DNA of 23,043 nt, taken from the UHGV virus genome UHGV-1317269; one strand, given 5' to 3'. Positions 16,681 through 23,043 of this stretch are shown here, one piece after another; the first letter of the stretch is position 1; each line of letters opens with the position of its first letter. The DNA is from a virus. The translations under genes and the position numbers were made by a program. The notes under the pieces are model-generated. The model saw only the letters and a program-made list of their open reading frames with translations. It did no database searches and was not told where the DNA came from.

Positions 16681-17334
16681 TTAAAAAAGTGAACCAAGAA
16701 GACCGACGCCAGCACCAATTGCTGTACCCCAACCAGGCATGATTGCAGTACCTGCAGCTGCACCTGCTGCCGCTCCACCCAAGGCGCTCTGAAATCCTGA
16801 TGGTTTATTCGCATTAGCCGCAGATGCTGCCGCCTGCTGTTGATACAATTGGCTGACGTTGTTAGCGTAGTTCTGCCCAGCGTTTGCCTGACCTGTAAGA
16901 GCACCAAGGCCGATATTTGCCAGATTGTTGTAGTTGTTCATCTGACCTGACAGCCAGTTTTGACCGAGTGTAGGTGCGATTGCTGCTAACTGGTTTCCTG
17001 TTGCTGTAGAGCCTAATCCACCCGTTGCCTCTGCTGCTGCCAGACTCTGATAGCGCGCCTGCCCTGCAAGGTCTTTATACTGCTGAGAGTTGTAATACTG
17101 GTTAAGCGCCTGACCTTGCCCCTGAAGAGAGGAAAGATTTTGCAACTGTGATACGTACTGCTGAGCGAGTGGCGTGAACGGTGCAAGGTTCTGCATGTTC
17201 GTTTGCCACATTTCACGCTGCAATTCGATGCCCTTTTCAGTTGCGCGTGCCTGGGCTTTTGAACCGCCATCACTGCCACCTTTGCAGTAAACAGTTTTGC
17301 TGAGGTGCTTATTGGCAATCTGGAAAATTAACAT
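16681..17334 (-). CDS. ejection protein, P22 gp7-like
   Basis: 217 aa, Q/A/G/N-rich, position between gp14 and gp20. Confidence 0.65.
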   Translation of the reverse strand: MLIFQIANKHLSKTVYCKGGSDGGSKAQARATEKGIELQREMWQTNMQNLAPFTPLAQQYVSQLQNLSSLQGQGQALNQYYNSQQYKDLAGQARYQSLAAAEATGGLGSTATGNQLAAIAPTLGQNWLSGQMNNYNNLANIGLGALTGQANAGQNYANNVSQLYQQQAAASAANANKPSGFQSALGGAAAGAAAGTAIMPGWGTAIGAGVGLLGSLF

Positions 17335-17791
17335 TCTTTAGCTCCTCGTATTTTGAGCGCGGTAACTGATAAATCGTGATGCCTACAGGCTTTCCATTGC
17401 TGGTATAAGCATCATCGAGGTGACCAACACGGGTAGCGCCAAGCAAACGGATAATTGCCCGTCCGTATTTCGTTGTGTCAGGAACCATGGTGATGCTGTT
17501 AAGGAATGGTGAGTTTTCGAGAAGCCATTTGCAGAATAATCGATGCCCTTGCAGTGCATATTCACCACGGAATCCGGGGTCGTACACCGCATGGCATTCA
17601 ACAACGCTATGCCAGAAGTTACGCACTTCATGAACGCCAGCCAGCACTAATCCTTCGTAGATGCCGAGGTATACCGCATCAGGCTTGATGTAGTATTTAT
17701 CTCCACTGTCTACGATATTTCCCGTGTTTGCCGGGTTGTTGAGGAATTCTGCAAGCTTCACCGGATTATCGATGAGCTTTATTTCCATCAC
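17309..17791 (-). CDS. P22 gp14-like protein
   Basis: 160 aa; position directly after the tail needle gene with an ATGA overlap. Confidence 0.6.
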   Translation of the reverse strand: MMEIKLIDNPVKLAEFLNNPANTGNIVDSGDKYYIKPDAVYLGIYEGLVLAGVHEVRNFWHSVVECHAVYDPGFRGEYALQGHRLFCKWLLENSPFLNSITMVPDTTKYGRAIIRLLGATRVGHLDDAYTSNGKPVGITIYQLPRSKYEELKNVNFPDCQ

Positions 17792-18636
17792 TGCTCCGCA
17801 ATGATTTTGATGGTTGTGGCAGTAAACGCCGCACCATTTGACTGAATGGTTAACGTGCTGCCATTTGTGGCAAGAAAGCCGTCTTTATCCACGCTGAAGA
17901 ACGTAGCTAACAAGATGTTATCGGTTGTTGTCGCCGAGTTGCGACTGCTTACCAGTGTGTCAGGAACAGAGCCGGAAAAGGTTAGCTGCATTGACCTGTT
18001 GGCGGTTCCGCTGGGCCACGTCCCGACGATCGACAGCTTGAAGAACAAGGTTTTGTTCTCGTTGAACACAACCATCTTGTTGTTAACGGTGTCGAAGAAT
18101 GGTGCCAACGTGCCGGATGACGGCGTGAGCGTTTTCAGCAGGCTAACAAGGTTGGTCGGCGCTGTCGGGATGGTTACAGATACGCCAGAGTAAACAACCT
18201 CTGACTTCTTGCGAGTAGTGGCATACTCCAGAGCATCGATGCGCGTTTCATGGTCTGAAACCTGCGATTCCAGCGACTGAACTCTGGTATCAAGCGACGC
18301 AATATCGCTTTCATTCTGAGCGATTCGCGTTTCATGTTCCTGAAGAGTTGATTCTGCCTGGCTGATTCGCTCCTCATGATTAACAAGCGTTGCTTCCGCA
18401 GCAGAAATTCGCTGCTCATGGTCAGAGAGAATCACATCCTGCTCATCGTTCCTGACTTGTGCGTCATAAGCGCCCTGTCCGGCCTCGTTGGCCTTGTTCG
18501 CCACATTACCAACATCAGTACCCTGTGCGATAACGTAAAGCAGATACGACTGCGAGAAGATATTGCGTGGAAGCACTGATGTGTCGAGTCGCGTAGCTTG
18601 GATGATTACCGGCACATTGAGATTCGAATCAGCCAT
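17788..18636 (-). CDS. tail needle protein (P22 gp26-like N-terminus and coiled coil, with an extended C-terminal knob-type domain)
   Basis: [43 protein letters not shown]...[19 protein letters not shown] matches remembered P22 gp26; GGAGG 7 nt before the ATG at 18636; total 282 aa versus about 233 in P22. Confidence 0.85.
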   Translation of the reverse strand: MADSNLNVPVIIQATRLDTSVLPRNIFSQSYLLYVIAQGTDVGNVANKANEAGQGAYDAQVRNDEQDVILSDHEQRISAAEATLVNHEERISQAESTLQEHETRIAQNESDIASLDTRVQSLESQVSDHETRIDALEYATTRKKSEVVYSGVSVTIPTAPTNLVSLLKTLTPSSGTLAPFFDTVNNKMVVFNENKTLFFKLSIVGTWPSGTANRSMQLTFSGSVPDTLVSSRNSATTTDNILLATFFSVDKDGFLATNGSTLTIQSNGAAFTATTIKIIAEQ

Positions 18637-19174
18637 TAACATGCCTCCACGATTTACCAGACTGGATATTGTGAATCACCGTCTGACTGACACAGTATTT
18701 TTTAGCAAGCTCTCTTTGATTAACTCCCTTTGATTTCTTTATTTCTATTACTTGCTCATATGAGAGCTTTGAAATTGGATTATTTTCTCCTTTTAAAGCC
18801 GGAAACTTCACCCTGCCTTGAGATGAGCAATGCTTCATATTCTCCTTTTGAGTACACCACTCTAAATTAGAAGCATTATTATTTTTTCGGTTGTTATCTA
18901 TGTGATTTATGAACGGCTTGCCTTCTGGATTGGGGACGAAAGCAAGAGCGACAAGCCTATGCACAAGCCATTTTACTTTAACTCCATCAACACTAAGTGG
19001 CAAATATAGATAACCTTTATTATTCTCGTGTTGTTTTAGCCACCGACCCTTTCTGAGTTGCGTGCTGCCATGCGCAGCCTTAACAACACGTGAGTGAGAA
19101 TATACTCGCCCATCCTCTGTTACGGCATATAAACCTTCATATCCAGGAATATCTTTTGCGTTTTCACTCAACAT
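18629..19174 (-). CDS. free-standing HNH homing endonuclease (NUMOD4-like N-terminus, HNH core, C-terminal HTH)
   Basis: [16 protein letters not shown] (NUMOD4-like), [22 protein letters not shown] (HNH core), C-terminal [19 protein letters not shown]; own AAGGAG RBS 5 nt upstream; conspicuously AT-rich; P22 has no gene between 10 and 26. Confidence 0.8.
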   Translation of the reverse strand: MLSENAKDIPGYEGLYAVTEDGRVYSHSRVVKAAHGSTQLRKGRWLKQHENNKGYLYLPLSVDGVKVKWLVHRLVALAFVPNPEGKPFINHIDNNRKNNNASNLEWCTQKENMKHCSSQGRVKFPALKGENNPISKLSYEQVIEIKKSKGVNQRELAKKYCVSQTVIHNIQSGKSWRHVNG

Positions 19175-19195
19175 ATCTACTCCTTTAGTTTCGAT

Positions 19196-20296
19196 TTATG
19201 TTACACGAATAGAAAGGCCTGATAATGTAACAGGACCTTTTGCAATAACTCTGAATTTAAATCCAATGAGGCGTCTAACTCGACCAACTTTTCGCCATAA
19301 AACGCGATTGTCATATACAAATGGTTTTTGTAATACGACCATTTGCTCACGACCGTAATTAATTCCATCTGTAGTTGCTGATATAAATATTCTATCTATT
19401 CTATCACACACGCCGCCAGATGTTTCTAATTCAAGGTCATTTATTAAAACGTTATCTGCCTTTATTAAAGGAGAATATAAAATATGTTCCTGTTGCTTGT
19501 CGTACTGACTGCTGATATCGAACTGCAATTTCCCGGTCACGGATTCCAGCTTATCGCCGCACGTTATCTGATTGCCTTCGTAAATGAAGTCGATAGCGCG
19601 GTACACATCGTCATACAGGCCTGTTTTCAGTACACACCATTGCGGACCATTGGCGCTTGAAGATGCGTCGTACACGAGAACATGGCGCGGAAGATGGATA
19701 ATCAGCAGCTCATGCGCATCAAATCGCAGAGACTCCATCACACCATCAGCCAGTTCATCAGCAGTGTAGGAGCGGAGAATTTTCTCAATGCTCGCGCTGG
19801 CGATTGGTGATACCTGACCGGAGCCGATGATATACACAGACGGAGCACCTGTTGCCGGATTGCTGATGAACGCATAAGAATCAGAGAATGGCGTTTTGCA
19901 GTAAGTCCCGGCAATGCCTTTCTGCACCATAAGAGATGTCTGTGCGACATACAAAGCAGCACCAACGGTGGTTGCACCCGTCAGGGAGAAATATTCAATC
20001 GTCGATGAACCAAAGCAGACGATGAAATCTCGCCATGTTCCGATGCCGATGATGCCGTCAGGCTGAGACTCTGCGCGATATTGTGCGCTGTAGCGGTCAG
20101 GATGCGATTCGTCTTCAAGGTCAGTGATAAACCATGAATCAGTTCCGTCTTTTGACCACGCATAACGCCCGCGTAAGCGCGTAATGTCACGAACAGAACC
20201 CAACTCATACTGCGTGAATCCGCTGTCTGTAGGCCAGTTTGAGACGGTTTTAACCGTGCCATCATAGCGGTATTCGACCAGTTGACCATTAACGCC
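19196..20296 (-). pseudogene. gp10 (tail accessory/head completion) C-terminal fragment, codons 107-472, truncated at a rearrangement junction
   Basis: Translation from [21 protein letters not shown] onward is colinear with the gp10 N-terminus seen at 22688-23043; upstream of 20296 the reading frame runs into reversed scaffold-gene sequence ([18 protein letters not shown]). Confidence 0.8.
20259..20296. repeat. 38-bp inverted repeat, copy A (gp10 codons 107-119); partner at 23006-23043
   Basis: Reverse complement of 20259-20296 is identical to 23006-23043 (GGCGTTAATGGTCAACTGGTCGAATACCGCTATGATGG); identity stops exactly at 20296/20297. Confidence 0.9.
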
Positions 20297-20297
20297 A

Positions 20298-20627
20298 GCA
20301 GTCGGTGCCGACATCATGCGCCTCTTCCCGGAGAAATCCGCTGCTCTCATGTATCACCTTGGTGCTAATCCTGAAAAAACACGCCAGTTGCTGGCGATGG
20401 AAGGACAATCAGCGCTGATTGAACTCACTCGACTGTCAGAACGTTTAACTCTCAAGCCTCGAGCAAAACCTGTTTCAGAAGCCCCGTTACCTGATGAACC
20501 CATTCAGGGACATGCTGTTGCTGCAAATATCTCTGCGATTGAAAAGCAGATGGAAGCGGCAGCAAACAAAGGGGATGTAGAGACATACCGCAAGCTCAAG
20601 GCGCAACTGAATAAAGGAATTCGATAA
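20298..20627 (+). pseudogene. scaffolding protein (P22 gp8-like) C-terminal fragment, about 109 codons, 5'-truncated at the junction
   Basis: Ends ...[30 protein letters not shown], the remembered coat-binding C-terminus of P22 scaffold; stop overlaps the coat ATG; no N-terminal two thirds upstream. Confidence 0.7.
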
Positions 20628-21922
20628 TGGCATTAAATGAAGGTCAACTGGTCACGTATGCTCTGGATGAAATCATCGAAACCGTCCAGAACCTGACGCC
20701 AATGGCGTCCAAAGTGACAAAATACACCCCTCCGGCAGAATCCATGCAACGTTCAAGCAACACCGTGTGGATGCCTGTTGAGCAGGAAGCGCCAACTCAG
20801 ACTGGCTGGGATTTAACTGGCAACGCTACCGGTATTCTGGAACTGTCCGTGAAATGCAACATGGGCGATCCGGATAACGATTTCTTCGAGCTTCGTGCAG
20901 ATGACCTGCGTGATGAGCGTTCTTACCGTCGCCGCATCCAGGCATCCGCCAAAAAACTGGCGAATAACATTGAGTCAGCAATTGCCAAGCAGGCAACTGA
21001 AATGGGCTCACTTGTTGTTCACGATACCCGCGCAATTGGTCCATCTACTGGCCTGTCTGGCTGGGATTTTGTGTCTGATGCAGAGCGCCTGATGTTCTCC
21101 CGCGAGCTAAACCGCGACATGGGAATCAGTTACTTCCTGAACCCTGACGATTACCGCAAAGCAGGCCGCAACCTGGTAGATGGTGACATCTTCGGGCGCG
21201 TTCCTGAAGAAGCGTATCGCAACGGTACTATTCAGCGTCAGATTGCTGGCTTTGATGAAATTCTTCGCTCACCGAAACTTCCGGCAGTTACCAAGTCAAC
21301 CGCGACTGGTGTAACTGTTTCTGGTGCGCAGAAGTTTAAGCCGCAGGCATACACCCTTGATACCGATGGTAACAAAGAGAACGTCGACAACCGTGTTGCA
21401 ACGGTGACCGTATCCTCCACCACCGGGTTTAAGCGCGGCGACAAAATCAGCTTCACTGGTGTGAAATTCCTGTCTCAGATGGCGAAGAACGTGCTGACTG
21501 ATGATGCTACTTTCTCAATCACCCGTGTGATCGATGGTACTCACATCGAAATCACGCCGAAACCGATTGCACTGGATGACGCGTCACTGACAAAAGAAGA
21601 GAAGGCTTACGCTAACGTAAACACCTCTCTTGCTGATACCACTCCGGTAAACGTTCTGAACGTGGCAACAACCACCGCTAACGTGTTCTGGGCTGATGAC
21701 TCAATCCGCCTGCTGTCTCAGCCGATCCCGGTAACCCATGAACTGTTTGCTGGCATGAAAACGTCTTCCTTCAGCATTCCTGGCATTGGTGTTAACGGCA
21801 TCTTCGCAACGCAGGGTGATATCAACACTCTGTCTGGTAAGTGCCGTATTGCTGTGTGGTATTCAGCATGTGCTGTACGACCAGAGGCAATTGGTGTTGG
21901 TCTGCCTAACCAGACCGCGTGA
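20627..21922 (+). CDS. major capsid (coat) protein, P22 gp5-like
   Basis: 430 aa; [54 protein letters not shown]... is nearly colinear with remembered P22 coat protein. Confidence 0.95.
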   Translation: MALNEGQLVTYALDEIIETVQNLTPMASKVTKYTPPAESMQRSSNTVWMPVEQEAPTQTGWDLTGNATGILELSVKCNMGDPDNDFFELRADDLRDERSYRRRIQASAKKLANNIESAIAKQATEMGSLVVHDTRAIGPSTGLSGWDFVSDAERLMFSRELNRDMGISYFLNPDDYRKAGRNLVDGDIFGRVPEEAYRNGTIQRQIAGFDEILRSPKLPAVTKSTATGVTVSGAQKFKPQAYTLDTDGNKENVDNRVATVTVSSTTGFKRGDKISFTGVKFLSQMAKNVLTDDATFSITRVIDGTHIEITPKPIALDDASLTKEEKAYANVNTSLADTTPVNVLNVATTTANVFWADDSIRLLSQPIPVTHELFAGMKTSSFSIPGIGVNGIFATQGDINTLSGKCRIAVWYSACAVRPEAIGVGLPNQTA

Positions 21923-21929
21923 TAACCAG

Positions 21930-21952
21930 AGGGAGCTTCGGCTCCCTTTTTT
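21930..21952 (+). terminator. intrinsic terminator after the coat gene
   Basis: AGGGAGC-ttcg-GCTCCCT followed by TTTTTT. Confidence 0.65.
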
Positions 21953-21966
21953 ATCTGGAGACAAGC

Positions 21967-22209
21967 ATGACACACATGATCTTTCGTCATGGCGACATGA
22001 AGAAATGGAAAGGCGTTGGCTACGACTTTGAAATCGTGAAAGCCGAAGAGCTTCAGGAATATCTGGATGCTGGCTGGTTTTCACATCCTGATGACCTTTT
22101 GAAGGATGTTGCAGAGCCAGAGCCAGAGCCAGAGCCAGAAGAAAAACAGCGTAAAAAGCCTGGTCGAAAACCTAAGGCGGCAGCAGATGAACCTGACAAC
22201 GAAGGGTGA
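21967..22209 (+). CDS. small hypothetical protein with an (EP)4 repeat and basic tail, between coat and gp4
   Basis: ATG 21967 with GGAG 6 nt upstream; contains the (GAGCCA)4 tandem repeat; overlaps the gp4 start by 23 nt. Confidence 0.35.
   Translation: MTHMIFRHGDMKKWKGVGYDFEIVKAEELQEYLDAGWFSHPDDLLKDVAEPEPEPEPEEKQRKKPGRKPKAAADEPDNEG
22114..22137 (+). repeat. (GAGCCA)x4 perfect tandem hexanucleotide repeat inside a coding region
   Basis: Directly visible; encodes EPEPEPEP in the 21967 frame. Confidence 0.9.
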
Positions 22210-22687
22210 TTTAGTTCTTGCGGCATTACGTAAGCTCGGTGTGGCATCAAATGCCACGTTAACCGATGTAGAACCGCAGTCTATGGAAGACGGCGTCAAC
22301 GACCTTGAAATGATGATGGCTGAATGGCTTGGCGGTGATGTGTCACCAGGTATCAACGTTGGCTACATTTTCGCTGATGCAGATGTCGCTCCAGATCCGG
22401 GAGATGAGCACGGTTTATCAAATAACGCTATCAATGCCGTCATTTTCAACCTTGCCTGCCGCATTGCACCGGATTATGCGCTGGAAGCGTCAGCAAAACT
22501 TATAACCACTGCCAGATACGGGAAAGAGCGACTCGTCAAACTGTCTGCAATGGACAGAGCAAAAGCCGCTAAATGTAAGTCCGGTTATCCAAACCGTATG
22601 CCTGTTGGTAGCGGTAACCAGTTGGCGAAGTGGAACGGTTGGAATTACTTCCACCGAAAGGAACCTTGCGATAACGGGAGCGAATAA
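22187..22687 (+). CDS. tail accessory factor, P22 gp4-like
   Basis: 166 aa from [33 protein letters not shown]..., matching remembered P22 gp4 ([29 protein letters not shown]...HGL...[14 protein letters not shown]); the ORF-track N-terminal extension is not adopted. Confidence 0.8.
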   Translation: MNLTTKGDLVLAALRKLGVASNATLTDVEPQSMEDGVNDLEMMMAEWLGGDVSPGINVGYIFADADVAPDPGDEHGLSNNAINAVIFNLACRIAPDYALEASAKLITTARYGKERLVKLSAMDRAKAAKCKSGYPNRMPVGSGNQLAKWNGWNYFHRKEPCDNGSE

Positions 22688-23043
22688 ATGCCTATTCAGC
22701 AACTTCCGCTTATGAAAGGTGTCGGCAAAGACTTCCGAAATGCCGACTATATCGACTATCTGCCAGTGAATATGTTGGCTACACCCAAAGAAATCCTCAA
22801 CAGCAGCGGATATCTTCGCTCATTCCCGGGCATTGCCAAACGTTCTGATGTGAACGGCGTATCGCGAGGCGTCGAGTACAACATGGCGCAGAATGCTGTT
22901 TATCGCGTGTGTGGCGGCAAGCTCTACAAAGGCGAAAGCGAAGTCGGTGATGTTGCCGGAAGTGGTCGCGTATCAATGGCGCATGGGCGGACATCACAGG
23001 CGGTAGGCGTTAATGGTCAACTGGTCGAATACCGCTATGATGG
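22688..23043 (+). CDS. gp10-like tail accessory/head completion protein, N-terminal 118 codons (partial, continues beyond window end)
   Basis: ATG at 22688 directly after the gp4 stop; MPIQQLPLMKGVGKDFRNADYIDYLPVNMLATPKEILNSSGYLRSFPGI... matches remembered P22 gp10; not in the ORF track because no stop lies in the window. Confidence 0.85.
   Translation, partial: MPIQQLPLMKGVGKDFRNADYIDYLPVNMLATPKEILNSSGYLRSFPGIAKRSDVNGVSRGVEYNMAQNAVYRVCGGKLYKGESEVGDVAGSGRVSMAHGRTSQAVGVNGQLVEYRYD
23006..23043. repeat. 38-bp inverted repeat, copy B (gp10 codons 107-119), truncated by the window edge
   Basis: Identical to the reverse complement of 20259-20296. Confidence 0.9.

Larger units (their letters stand above)
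1..23043. mobile_element. P22-like temperate phage genome segment (early-left operon, attP, tailspike/immI, accessory locus, ejection and tail genes, coat region)
   Basis: Near-verbatim matches to remembered P22 Arc, Mnt and coat protein; P22-type gene order 10-26-14-7-20-16-(accessory)-mnt-arc-ant-9-attP-int-xis on the minus-strand reading; both flanks of the att core are phage DNA. Confidence 0.9.

Noticed and set aside
20297-20350. N-terminal 18 residues ([18 protein letters not shown]) of minus ORF 19196-20350
   Set aside because: This is the reverse-complement read of scaffold-gene sequence across the junction, not part of gp10; gp10 homology starts at 20296.
22114-22137. Possible CRISPR or other repeat array
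   Set aside because: Only four contiguous 6-bp units with no spacers, inside a coding frame; a simple tandem repeat, not CRISPR. No CRISPR-like arrays were seen anywhere in the window.
22106-22186. N-terminal extension [13 protein letters not shown]... of the gp4 ORF
   Set aside because: gp4 homology begins at the Met at 22187; the extension is the alternative-frame read of the (GAGCCA)4 repeat.

Overview
The whole window is a P22-like (lambdoid, Lederbergvirus-type) temperate phage genome segment, read here in the non-integrated (attP) configuration. Plus strand, 1-6588: the early-left operon, with small translationally coupled ORFs, a RecT-family annealing protein, a Gp157-like protein, ea-region proteins, xis and a tyrosine integrase. 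At 6603-6648 is a 46-nt attP core identical to the anticodon-loop-to-CCA half of a tRNA-Thr. Minus strand, 6984-20296: tailspike, the immI region (ant, arc, divergent mnt with both palindromic operators), an AT-rich accessory locus where P22 carries sieA, ejection proteins gp16/gp20/gp7, gp14, a knob-bearing tail needle gp26, an inserted HNH homing endonuclease, and gp10 codons 107-472. At 20296/20297 the sequence switches abruptly to an inverted block on the plus strand: scaffold C-terminal third, coat protein, a small ORF, gp4 and gp10 codons 1-118, running off the window. The two most interesting things are that head-to-head junction, which breaks both gp10 and the scaffold gene, and a candidate Panacea-domain toxin-antitoxin/defence pair at 11277-12148. 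All homology calls are from reading the translations against remembered protein families; no database search was run.
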